Shown piece by piece: positions 37,565-46,673 of a DNA stretch of 64,000 nt. The DNA is from Acutalibacteraceae bacterium (GTDB lineage Bacteria > Bacillota > Clostridia > Oscillospirales > Acutalibacteraceae): the NCBI GenBank assembly GCA_045542015.1, contig JAZQKF010000079.1, forward strand, positions 1,635 through 65,634. Reading direction: 5' to 3'. Position 1 is the first letter of the stretch. Each line of letters starts with the position of its first letter. The position numbers and the translations under genes were made by a program. The notes under the pieces are model-generated. The model was given only the letters and a program-made list of their open reading frames with translations, ran no database searches and was not told the DNA's origin.

Positions 37565-39202
37565 TTAAGACTTGTTCTGCATATCCACCAAGCCCTCGGC
37601 GCCGTACATTCTGCGCAGCTTGGGCTTTTCAATCTTGCCGGTGGGATTACGGGGCACGTCCGCAAAAATGATGCGGCGGGGGCGCTTATAGCGCGGAAGA
37701 TCCAGACAGAACTCGTTGATCTCCTCTTCGGTGCAGGTCATCCCCTGCTTGATCTCAATGATGGCGGTAGCGATCTCGCCCAGTCGAGCGTCCGGCAGAC
37801 CGATGACCGCCACGTCCTTGATCTTATTGTGAGCCGCCAGGAAATTCTCGATCTGCACGGGATACAGATTCTCGCCGCCGGTGATGATAACGTCCTTCTT
37901 GCGATCCACCAGATACACGAAGCCGTCCTCGTCCTGCATCGCCATATCGCCGGTGTACAACCACCCATCCTTGAGGGTGTCGGCGGTAGCGGCGGGGTCG
38001 CGGTAGTAGCAGGTCATCACGCCGGGACCCTGCAGGCACAATTCACCCACAGCGCCCGGCTGCACTTCGTTGCCGTCGGGGTCCACGATCTTGATCTTCC
38101 ATCCGTAGCCGGGCACGCCGATGGCGCCCACCTTATGGACGTTCTCCACGCCCAGGTGCACCGCACCGGGTCCGATGGACTCGGACAAACCGTAGTTGGT
38201 ATCGTACTGCTGGTCGGGGAAGTATTCCAACCAGCGCTTGATCAGGCTCTGGGGCACCGGCTGGGCGCCGATGTGCATCAGACGCCACTGCGTGAGATCA
38301 AAATCGTCCAGCGACAGCTCACCGCTGTCCAGCGCATTAAGGATCTCCTGCGCCCACGGCACCAACAGCCAGACGATGGTACACTTCTCCTCGCTGGCAG
38401 CGGTGAGAATGTGCTTCGCCTTGGCGCCCTTGAGGATGACCGCCTTAGAGCCTGCCAGCAGGCTGCCGAACCAGTGCATTTTTGCGCCGGTGTGGTACAG
38501 CGGCGGGATGCAGAGGAAATTATCCTCGCGGGTCTGTCCGTGGTGCGCCTGCTCCACGCGGCAGGAATGGATCAGGCTCTGATGCTTGTGCAAAATCGCC
38601 TTGGGGAAGCCGGTGGTGCCGGAGGAGAAATAGATAGCCGCGTCATCCTCCTCGGTCAGCTCGCACGGGGGAAACTTGCCGGAGCACTCTGAGATCAGGT
38701 CGTGATAATCGTCCGCAAAACTGGGGCAACCGGCACCCAGATAAATCAGATGGCAGCGGCGGCTGATCTTATCCGCCACCGCCTCTACACGGCCTACGAA
38801 CTCGGTGCCGAATATCAGCACGTCCGCCTCGGCCAGGTCCAGACAATAATCGATCTCGTCCGAAGAATAGCGGTAGTTCAGCGGCACCGCCAAAGCGCCC
38901 GTTTTTAATATACCAAAGTACACCGGCAGCCAGTCGATGCAGTTCATCAGCAGAATGGCCACCTTCTTGCCCTTACCGATGCCGTTCTGCTGCAGCATAT
39001 TGGCCAGGCGGTTGGCTTTTTCATTAAAAACCTCCCACGTGATCTCCCGCCGATAGTGCCGCGCACGGGGCGTGGACTCAACCAGTTCAAACTCGTGCCA
39101 GGTGGCACGACGGGTCTCCGGCTGCTCGGGATTGATCTCCACCAGCGCCACGTCCTTGGCATACTCACGCGCGTTTCTCTCTAACAGATGTACGATGGTC
39201 AT
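37565..39202 (-). CDS. AMP-dependent acyl-CoA synthetase/ligase
   Basis: YFSSGTTGFPKA, YHTGAK and GWLYTGD motifs. ATG at 39202 (MTIVHLLERNA). Confidence 0.88.
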   Translation of the reverse strand: MTIVHLLERNAREYAKDVALVEINPEQPETRRATWHEFELVESTPRARHYRREITWEVFNEKANRLANMLQQNGIGKGKKVAILLMNCIDWLPVYFGILKTGALAVPLNYRYSSDEIDYCLDLAEADVLIFGTEFVGRVEAVADKISRRCHLIYLGAGCPSFADDYHDLISECSGKFPPCELTEEDDAAIYFSSGTTGFPKAILHKHQSLIHSCRVEQAHHGQTREDNFLCIPPLYHTGAKMHWFGSLLAGSKAVILKGAKAKHILTAASEEKCTIVWLLVPWAQEILNALDSGELSLDDFDLTQWRLMHIGAQPVPQSLIKRWLEYFPDQQYDTNYGLSESIGPGAVHLGVENVHKVGAIGVPGYGWKIKIVDPDGNEVQPGAVGELCLQGPGVMTCYYRDPAATADTLKDGWLYTGDMAMQDEDGFVYLVDRKKDVIITGGENLYPVQIENFLAAHNKIKDVAVIGLPDARLGEIATAIIEIKQGMTCTEEEINEFCLDLPRYKRPRRIIFADVPRNPTGKIEKPKLRRMYGAEGLVDMQNKS

Positions 39203-39244
39203 AATAAACACTCCGCAATACATAAAAGTCTGTAGATACTTTAC

Positions 39245-39382
39245 CACTTTAAAGTGAGATTGTCAACCGTTTGCGGCGCATTTTATGCGGGTTTTTGAAA
39301 AAATTTGCACTTTTTTCAAAAATTCTATTGACATACTTGCTTTAAAGTGCTAAAGTGCTTATAGCGATTTCGTGCTTTAAAC
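39245..39382. promoter_or_regulatory. divergent control region with repeated CTTTAAAGT boxes and a promoter for the symporter
   Basis: CACTTTAAAGTG (39245-39256), GCTTTAAAGTGCTAAAGTGC (39339-39358) and GCTTTAAACT (39373-39382). TTGACA (39328-39333), 17 nt spacer, TAAAGT (39351-39356). AT palindrome TTGAAAAAA-n7-TTTTTTCAA (about 39294-39318). Confidence 0.45.
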
Positions 39383-39410
39383 TACTAAATCGAGAAAGGT
39401 CTGAGTTTTT

Positions 39411-41015
39411 ATGCTGTCCCTGATCCCTCAAACGGCGGCTCTGTCTACCGCCGCCACCGTCACCATCCCCATGCTCATCTGCTTCTTCGGGCTGATGATC
39501 GCCGTGGGTATCAGCTGCCGCAAGCACTCCACCAACGTGGACGATTTTGTGCTGGGTGGACGTGCCGTCGGTCCGTGGCTGACCGCCTTTGCCTTCGGCA
39601 CCTCTTATTTTTCCGCCGTGATTTTCGTGGGCTATGCGGGTCAGTTCGGCTGGAACTTCGGTCTTGCCTCCACCTGGATCGGTCTGGGTAACGCCTTTAT
39701 CGGCTCGCTGCTGGCGTGGATGGTACTGGGGCGTCGCACCCGCATCATGACCCAGCACCTTGGCTCCAAGACCATGCCGGATTTCTTCGAAAAGCGGTAC
39801 GACTCCAAGCAGTTAAAGGTAATCGCTTCTTTCATTGTATTCGTATTCCTTATCCCGTACACCGCCTCCCTGTACAACGGACTGTCCTCCCTGTTTAACA
39901 ACATCTTCTCCATCCCCTACTGGGTGATCGTATTGGTTATGGCGGTACTGACCGGTGTATACGTCATTTTCGGCGGTTATATGGCCACCGCCATCAACGA
40001 TTTCATCCAGGGCATCATTATGCTGGTGGGCATCGTGGCGGTCATCGCCGCCGTACTGGGCCAAAACGGCGGCCTCTCTGCCGCCGTAGAGGCTCTGAAC
40101 GTCAGCGAGCATGCCGGGCCCCAGTTCACCTCTACCTTTGGCCCCAACCCCATATTTCTGCTGTTTGTGGTACTGCTGACCTCACTGGGCACCTGGGGAC
40201 TGCCCCAGATGGTGGGTAAATTCTACTCCATCAAGGACGATGCCGCCATCAAAAAGGGCACTCTCATCTCCACCGTGTTTGCGGTGGTCGTCGCCGGCGG
40301 ATGCTACTTCCTGGGCGGCTTCGGCAAGCTGTATTTTGACGATATGCAGGCGGCGGGACACATCTCCCCCACCGGTGCAGTGTTGTTTGATAAGGTGATC
40401 CCCACCATGCTGCGCAACCTGTCCCCCGTGGTGGTGGCGCTGATCGTGGTGCTGGTGCTGGCCGCCTCTATGTCCACGCTGTCCTCGCTGGTGCTCACCT
40501 CCTCCTCTACCCTCACGCTGGACGTGGTGACACCGTTGGTGGAGAAAAAGGCCAAGATGGGCGACAAAAAGAACGTGCTCATTATGCGGCTGTTCATCGT
40601 GTTCTTCATCGCTGTGTCCGCCGTTATCGCCATTCTCAAGGACAGCATTTGGGCTGACTCGGTTTTCATTGCACAGATGATGGGCGTATCCTGGGGCGCG
40701 CTGGCAGGCGCCTTCCTCGCCCCCTTCCTGTACGGTCTGTACTGGAAAAAGGTTACCAAAGCCGCCGTGGCTGTCAACTTCGCCTTCGGCACCGCGCTGG
40801 AGATCGTCCAGCTGTGCATCAGCGTAGGCTGGCTGTCGGTGGCCGACGTCCCCGTTCTCAATTTCGTATTCACCAACTCGCTCTACTCCGGCGTGTTCGC
40901 TATGGTGGGCGGTCTTGTGCTGGTGCCCATCGTCAGCCTGCTGACTCCCAAAACCCTACCGGACAAGGTGGACGAGAAATTCGCCTGCTACAACAAAACG
41001 GCTGCAACGCTGTAA
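39411..41015 (+). CDS. sodium:solute symporter (SSS) family transporter
   Basis: 534 aa, about 13 TM helices, SSS-type pattern (GGRAVGPWLTAFAFGTSYFSAV). Confidence 0.85.
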   Translation: MLSLIPQTAALSTAATVTIPMLICFFGLMIAVGISCRKHSTNVDDFVLGGRAVGPWLTAFAFGTSYFSAVIFVGYAGQFGWNFGLASTWIGLGNAFIGSLLAWMVLGRRTRIMTQHLGSKTMPDFFEKRYDSKQLKVIASFIVFVFLIPYTASLYNGLSSLFNNIFSIPYWVIVLVMAVLTGVYVIFGGYMATAINDFIQGIIMLVGIVAVIAAVLGQNGGLSAAVEALNVSEHAGPQFTSTFGPNPIFLLFVVLLTSLGTWGLPQMVGKFYSIKDDAAIKKGTLISTVFAVVVAGGCYFLGGFGKLYFDDMQAAGHISPTGAVLFDKVIPTMLRNLSPVVVALIVVLVLAASMSTLSSLVLTSSSTLTLDVVTPLVEKKAKMGDKKNVLIMRLFIVFFIAVSAVIAILKDSIWADSVFIAQMMGVSWGALAGAFLAPFLYGLYWKKVTKAAVAVNFAFGTALEIVQLCISVGWLSVADVPVLNFVFTNSLYSGVFAMVGGLVLVPIVSLLTPKTLPDKVDEKFACYNKTAATL

Positions 41016-41021
41016 ATAACG

Positions 41022-41056
41022 CAAAAGCACCCGCCGTGTGGCGGGTGCTTTTTTTC
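41022..41056. terminator. bidirectional intrinsic terminator
   Basis: Hairpin AGCACCCGCC-GTGT-GGCGGGTGCT followed by TTTTTTT, between convergent genes. Confidence 0.8.
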
Positions 41057-41058
41057 GC

Positions 41059-42336
41059 TTATTTCTTCTTCTTTTTCAGCAGTAGAACGGTAGTGACAAC
41101 AACACCGGTCACCAGCAGCGCACCGCCGCCGATGATAACGCCCCACCATAATGGGGACAACTGATCCGTCAGGGAAATGGCGGTAGGTCCGTCCGCACCG
41201 CCGATGATACCCACGGCGGTGGTCTGGCCATCCTCGCCCGCGGCAGGGCGGGTAGACGACGGCTCGGGGGCGGTCTCCCCTACCTCATCCGTAGGCGCTG
41301 CCGTCGGCTGTGTTCCCTTATCGGTGGGGGGCGTGCTGTTCGCTGCGGTGGGGGCAGTGGTCTTTTTGGTGATCTGCACGCCGACACCCGCCTGATTGGC
41401 GGAGGTAGTGGTCTTGGCCGTGGTCTTATCCTTGGTGGTGGGGAACTTATATTTCTGCACCAGCAGGTCCGCAAACACCGGCATATGGTCGGAGGCGCCC
41501 TTGGCGTCATTGTCCTCCACCGTGGTGAAATACTTGCTCTGGACGCCGGCGGAATACAGGACGTAGTCGATGCCGCCGCGGTTATTGGCGGAGGCGGTCA
41601 TCCCCGCTTCGGACACCAGGTTCTGAATCGGCGGGTCGGCAAACTTACTGTTAAAGTCGCCGGTACCGATCACGGGGCAGCCGTATTCGGATTTATAGCG
41701 GTTGATGCAGTCCACTAACTCATCGGACTGGGTCTGGCGCATCTGCTGACCCTTGCCGTCCTGCTCCGCATCCAGGTGAGTGCTGAAGAAGGTAAACCGC
41801 TCGCCGGTGGCCTTGATCTCAAACACGGCGATGCTGGCATACCGCATCCGCTGGATGCAGCCCCAATAGTTGCAGGAATAACCAATCAGCTCATTTTCTA
41901 TCAGTTTCAGGGTCTTTTTGTTGTACATCATTGTGGTGCACATCCAGTCCTTTTTGCCCAGGCTCTCCGCCTTTTCCAGCGGCTGCACCTCCGGCACGTC
42001 GGCATTGACAAAGGCGTAATCCTTCAGATTATCCTTTAGGGACACGTGCCACTTATAGTTACACTCCTGAAAGCCGATGACGTCCGGCTGATAGTACTTG
42101 ATGCAAGCGGAAGCTTTATCGCCACGGCTGCCCAGGGGCTGACCCCAGCTCCATCCGCCCAGGGACTCATCGTTGTCCACCAGCACATTGTAGCTCATTA
42201 CCCGCAGGTTGGCGCCGGCGGTCTTCTCCTGCGGTGCCGAGCCGCTGTAGGCCGACACAGACAGTCCGCCGCACAGCAGACAGAGCGGCAGAACGCCGCA
42301 CAAAACCGAGCGAACAAACAGTTTCACCATCTTCAT
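41059..42336 (-). CDS. secreted endonuclease/exonuclease/phosphatase (EEP) family protein with a P/T-rich stalk and a C-terminal TM + poly-Lys tail
   Basis: Signal peptide, then LRVMSYNVLV...GFQE...SDHMPVFADL EEP motifs. C-terminus WWGVIIGGGALLVTGVVVTTVLLLKKKKK. ATG at 42336 8 nt after GGGAGG. Confidence 0.8.
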   Translation of the reverse strand: MKMVKLFVRSVLCGVLPLCLLCGGLSVSAYSGSAPQEKTAGANLRVMSYNVLVDNDESLGGWSWGQPLGSRGDKASACIKYYQPDVIGFQECNYKWHVSLKDNLKDYAFVNADVPEVQPLEKAESLGKKDWMCTTMMYNKKTLKLIENELIGYSCNYWGCIQRMRYASIAVFEIKATGERFTFFSTHLDAEQDGKGQQMRQTQSDELVDCINRYKSEYGCPVIGTGDFNSKFADPPIQNLVSEAGMTASANNRGGIDYVLYSAGVQSKYFTTVEDNDAKGASDHMPVFADLLVQKYKFPTTKDKTTAKTTTSANQAGVGVQITKKTTAPTAANSTPPTDKGTQPTAAPTDEVGETAPEPSSTRPAAGEDGQTTAVGIIGGADGPTAISLTDQLSPLWWGVIIGGGALLVTGVVVTTVLLLKKKKK

Positions 42337-42398
42337 AGACATTCCTCCCGCATAGGTCTTTTTCGTATTATAACACAGTGCGACCAAAAGAACAAGAC

Positions 42399-42436
42399 AA
42401 AAAGAAAACCCCCGACTGCCGAAACAGTCGGGGGTT
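42399..42436 (-). terminator. intrinsic terminator
   Basis: Hairpin AACCCCCGACTG...CAGTCGGGGGTT followed by a T-run on the minus strand. Confidence 0.75.
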
Positions 42437-42471
42437 TGTTTGGTTTAGGATTTAATTCCTATCCGAAGCGA

Positions 42472-45400
42472 TTACCACTCCAGAACACCGTCGTTGCTGT
42501 CGTACTTATTGATGTAGTTGGCCTGCTGCAGATCGTCATAGACGGTGATCACACGGCCTTCATACTCAAAGGTGTAGTAAGCACGGGCGTAGATGATGGT
42601 ATCCTCGTTGGCCAAGGGAATGTTGGTGATACGCACAGCGAACTGAGCGGAATCCGGCTCCAGGTCGCACAGGTACTTGGCGTTAACATCCAGCACCTTG
42701 CGGCCATCGGCCATCTCCTTGGTCATACCGGCCAGGCCATAGATGGGATCGTTGGAAACGATCGCACCCATGGACAGCAGCTTGTAGGAACCGCCATCGT
42801 CAAAAGCGTCGATGGTGGCGTTGTCCAGAACAGCCTCGGTCTCGTTGATAACCTCGATGCCGTTAGCATTGATCTTGAAGCGGAAGGCCAGACCCAGCTT
42901 GTCAGCGGTCATCTCCATACGGCTGGTGCCGTTCAGATCGATCACATCATACTTGTCGTCCTCCACGTCGCCCACGTATTTGACCAGCACGTCGCTGTTC
43001 AGGAAGGCGACCAGATCGTCGGCAAACTTCTGCTGACCGGCAGCAGAGGGATGCCAACCGGCACCGGCGGTGTTGGTGACCAGTTCCAGAGAGTACAGAC
43101 CCTCAGCAGCGCCGCCGTTCTCCTCGATCAGAGAGGCGATCATGGCGTTGTCGTCATCCTTCATCATACCGTAGATCCAGACGATCTTGGAGTTGGGGTT
43201 CTTGGCACGGACCAGATCCAGCATCTCCTGGTAGCCGACCTTACGCAGAGCGGCATCGGTCTGGTTGGCGATGTCGTTGGTGCCCAGAGCGATCACCACC
43301 ACATCAGGCTGACGGGCATTGAAATCGTACTGGGTAGTGCTATCGTAGTTGTAGCGCTGATAGGGATAGAAGGTCTGCATATTGGGATCCTGGTAGCCGT
43401 ACTTAGCACCGATGCCGGAGTAGGCAACGTCGGAGAAGTCGGCACCCAGAGCCTTAGCGGTCAGGTAGGGATAAGCCGCGGTGGCATCCTGCCACTTGGG
43501 GCTGCCGCCATCGGAATCGCTGGAGGTACCCAGAGCACCGAAGCCGGTGGAGATGGAGTCACCGATAAACTCGATATACAGACGGTTGTCAGCGGGCTTC
43601 TCATTGAAGCTGCCGTTCATCACGATGGAGGAGATACCCACCTCAGCACCGCGATGCTCGGTCTGACGATACACCTCGAAGGTGTGGTTGCCGGGGGTCA
43701 GGTTCTCAGCCAGAACCAGCTCCACGTTACCGGTGGAGGTGATGTGGCACTCGGCACGGTCCACCTTCACGCCGTCAACGAGGACGGTGAAGTACAGGCC
43801 GCCGTAAGAATCGGTCTGCTTCAGGTACTCGACGTTCAGATTCAGAGCCACCTTGCCCTCGCAGTTGGCGGAGAACTCGATACCGGAGGCAGAGAAGTCC
43901 AGCCACAGAGCGCCATCCTTCAGAGCGGTACGGCCCTGAGTCTTGATGTAATCCTTAGCATTCTTAATGGGAGTAGCATACTCATCCAGGAACTGGATGT
44001 CGGCGAACACAGCGTTGTGGTCGGAAGCACCGGACACAGCGGCATCGGCGACGGTGGTCTCATACAGATGAGTGGCCATACCATTGTAGAAGATGTGGTC
44101 GATGTAGCGACCGGCAGTGGCGTCGGTGAAGCCGGCGTCCACAAACTTGTTGTAAGAGGTGGCGTCGGTATTGCCGCTGTGCAGACCGGAGTTAAAGTCG
44201 CCACCGATGATAACGGGCTGCATGTGGGTAGCGGACAGGTTGGCTGCGTACTCGGCGGCCTCCTCCAGCTGGAACTGACGCCAGTAGCCGTCGCCCTCAG
44301 CAGCGGTGCCGTCGCCGTTCAGGTCCTGAGTGCCTTCCAGAGCACCGGCATCGGGGTGAGTAGCGCAGGCAATGAACTTCTCGCCGGTGGCGATGACCTC
44401 CAGGAAGGCCACGTTCAGATAACGCATACCCTGGGTGCCCCAACGGGACTTGGTCATACGCATCAGCTCGGTATCCAGCAGACGGACGGTGTTCACATTG
44501 TAAGCAATGCAGGTGTACAGCTTGCCGTTGTTCTGAGTATCCGCACTGGTCATCTCGCCGAAGGCGTAGTCGGGCATATTGGCCACGAAATAGTCGTACC
44601 ACTCGCCGGAGAACTCCTCCAGAGCGATGACGTCGGGCTTGTAGTAGTTGATCATAGCACAAGCCTTCTCGGGACGGCCGGTGATGGCAGAACCCCAAGA
44701 ATAGCCGCCGTTGGCGGTATCCTGACCCACCAAGACGTTGTAGGTCATCATACGGATGTCGGCGCCGGAGGTCATGGTCTCGGGATACAGGCCCTGATAA
44801 CCACTGGAAGCCTTCTCCATCACGATGTCATCGTAATAGACGTCGCCGCCGTTGGTCACACCCTGAGCGGGATAGATCACCAGAGAGGTGTACTCACCTG
44901 AGTTGAAAGCAATCTGGTAGGTAGTCCACTCGGTAGAGCCGGTAAAATAGTAGTTGGAGCTGTTCAGAGTGACAGCCTCAGCGCCGTCCTTAATGTAGAA
45001 ACGGGGCTGACCGCCGGCGGCAGCCAACTTCGCCTTAAAGGTGATGGTGTAATCGGTGTTCGCCTCGCAGGTGACAGTCTGCTTAACAAAAGAACCGTAC
45101 TTGGCGGTGTTGGTGCCCTGCAGAGAGAAGTTGCCGTTGGCAACCTCGGTCCAGGTAACGTTCGCGCTGGTCACGGTCCAGCCGGTCAGGTCGCCGGTCT
45201 CGAAATCACCGTTGATGATGTAGCCGTCGTTGGAGGGAGTGTCGTTGCCCTCGGGGGCGGGAACGATCTTCTGCAGGTTGAAGTTATCGTAATAGATGTT
45301 GCCGTCCATGGCGGTGGAAGAGGTGGGAGCAGCGTGCTGCTGCAGCACGATGCGCACCTGAGTGTTCTCACCGGAGTTGAAGGTCAGCTGGTGGGAATCC

Positions 45401-46275
45401 CAAGCGCCGGCCGTGATGTTCCAGTAGTAACTGGGAGAGGCCAGCTCGCTGGTGCCGCTGGCACCGGCATAGATGTGCACACGGGCAATACCGCCGGTGA
45501 GAGAGCCGTTGTAGTAGGACTCAACATCCAGGGTGTAATCGGTGTTAGCCTCCACGGTGATGGTCTGCTCAGCCACGGTGCTGTAACGGCTGGTGGTGGT
45601 AGCCTTCAGAGCGTAGTCGCCATTCAGAGCCTCAACCACACCACCGGACACAGTCCAACCATCGGCAGTGCCGTCGTTGAAATAACCATTGGCAACCAGG
45701 TTGCCGTCTGCTTCCTCATCGGGAGTGATGGTAACCTCGGGCTCATCGCCGGTGGGGATGGGACCGGTGAAGGTCACATCGTCGATGTAGCAGGAGCCGC
45801 CGCTGGCAATACCCTGAGCGAAGTTGAAGTTGATCGCCGTGTAACTGCCGGAGTTGAACGTGCAGGTCTTGGTGGTCCAAGCATCGGCAGTCGCGTCAGA
45901 AATATACAGAGCCGTAATCTGAGTGGTCGCAGTTTCTTCGAACACGTACATGCGATGCTGGGTGGTTGCCGCAGCGTCGGCACCCAATTTGATCTTAAAA
46001 GAAATGGTGTAATCGCTGTTAGGCACAACCGCCACAGTACGCTCAGCATACTTGCCATACTTGTTGGTGGCGGTACCCTTCAGAGAGTAGGAACCACTGG
46101 CAGCGTCCTCGGTGGTGACGGAGCCGTATTTCAGGGTCCAGTCAGTAGAACCATCCTCAAAGCCGCCGTTGGTCAGCAGGTCGCCATCCGCAGCAAACAC
46201 GCCCAGAGGCAACAGGGTGCACAGCATGGTCACGCAAGCAAGCACGGCCAATACTTTGCGCATTTTGATTTGCAT
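42472..46275 (-). CDS. 1267-aa secreted mosaic protein A: 3-4 CBM-like modules + EEP + CE2-like SGNH esterase + domain X
   Basis: Signal peptide. NGGFEDG/NGYFNDG/NGDFETG beta-sandwich starts. EEP module about 43990-44763 (IRMMTYNVLV...SDHNAVFADI). CE2-like module about 42991-43953 (IEFIGDSISTGFG, ALGTNDIA, WHPS). Domain X about 42475-42942, ending NDGVLEW. Confidence 0.85.
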   Translation of the reverse strand: MQIKMRKVLAVLACVTMLCTLLPLGVFAADGDLLTNGGFEDGSTDWTLKYGSVTTEDAASGSYSLKGTATNKYGKYAERTVAVVPNSDYTISFKIKLGADAAATTQHRMYVFEETATTQITALYISDATADAWTTKTCTFNSGSYTAINFNFAQGIASGGSCYIDDVTFTGPIPTGDEPEVTITPDEEADGNLVANGYFNDGTADGWTVSGGVVEALNGDYALKATTTSRYSTVAEQTITVEANTDYTLDVESYYNGSLTGGIARVHIYAGASGTSELASPSYYWNITAGAWDSHQLTFNSGENTQVRIVLQQHAAPTSSTAMDGNIYYDNFNLQKIVPAPEGNDTPSNDGYIINGDFETGDLTGWTVTSANVTWTEVANGNFSLQGTNTAKYGSFVKQTVTCEANTDYTITFKAKLAAAGGQPRFYIKDGAEAVTLNSSNYYFTGSTEWTTYQIAFNSGEYTSLVIYPAQGVTNGGDVYYDDIVMEKASSGYQGLYPETMTSGADIRMMTYNVLVGQDTANGGYSWGSAITGRPEKACAMINYYKPDVIALEEFSGEWYDYFVANMPDYAFGEMTSADTQNNGKLYTCIAYNVNTVRLLDTELMRMTKSRWGTQGMRYLNVAFLEVIATGEKFIACATHPDAGALEGTQDLNGDGTAAEGDGYWRQFQLEEAAEYAANLSATHMQPVIIGGDFNSGLHSGNTDATSYNKFVDAGFTDATAGRYIDHIFYNGMATHLYETTVADAAVSGASDHNAVFADIQFLDEYATPIKNAKDYIKTQGRTALKDGALWLDFSASGIEFSANCEGKVALNLNVEYLKQTDSYGGLYFTVLVDGVKVDRAECHITSTGNVELVLAENLTPGNHTFEVYRQTEHRGAEVGISSIVMNGSFNEKPADNRLYIEFIGDSISTGFGALGTSSDSDGGSPKWQDATAAYPYLTAKALGADFSDVAYSGIGAKYGYQDPNMQTFYPYQRYNYDSTTQYDFNARQPDVVVIALGTNDIANQTDAALRKVGYQEMLDLVRAKNPNSKIVWIYGMMKDDDNAMIASLIEENGGAAEGLYSLELVTNTAGAGWHPSAAGQQKFADDLVAFLNSDVLVKYVGDVEDDKYDVIDLNGTSRMEMTADKLGLAFRFKINANGIEVINETEAVLDNATIDAFDDGGSYKLLSMGAIVSNDPIYGLAGMTKEMADGRKVLDVNAKYLCDLEPDSAQFAVRITNIPLANEDTIIYARAYYTFEYEGRVITVYDDLQQANYINKYDSNDGVLEW

Positions 46276-46471
46276 AGTGTTTTCCTCCTAAAAAATTTTT
46301 GGAATCACATTAATAGTGGAAGAGTGTAGGCGGCCTTCCTTTTGAAAGCCGCAACCGTTCCGAAAGCATGCTCTCAGATGGCGGCGGCAAACCGGCTCGC
46401 AGAGGATAACGACTATCTCCCCCGACGAATGAATGCGTCGCCTGAGAGAACATTCTCCTACTATCCAATCT

Positions 46472-46500
46472 ATTATAATTTATTTACCATAAATAGTCAA
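46472..46500 (-). promoter_or_regulatory. sigma-A promoter of protein A gene (leaves a ~190-nt leader)
   Basis: Minus strand TTGACT (46495-46500), 17 nt spacer, TATAAT (46472-46477). Confidence 0.55.
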
Positions 46501-46624
46501 CCGAAAACACCCTTTTTCCCTCTTTGCAACCTGCACAGATTTTGAGTGAAATTATTTACGTTTCTCACAAAATTGCGATGGCAAACCTACTTCGGGACAT
46601 CTTTTATAACAGGACTAATTCCAC

Positions 46625-46660
46625 AAAAAAAAAGCACCCCGAGAACGCGTCTCGGGGTGC
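46625..46660 (-). terminator. intrinsic terminator
   Basis: Hairpin GCACCCCGAG...CTCGGGGTGC followed by T9 on the minus strand. Confidence 0.8.
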
Positions 46661-46673
46661 TTTCAAAACAGAC

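Noticed and set aside
46330-46480. 50-codon ORF inside the protein A leader (minus strand, MFSQATHSFVGG...).
   Set aside because: The AGGAGA abuts the ATG with essentially no spacing. The ORF has no paralog and its sequence is unlike P1/P2. I treat the region as a structured leader instead.
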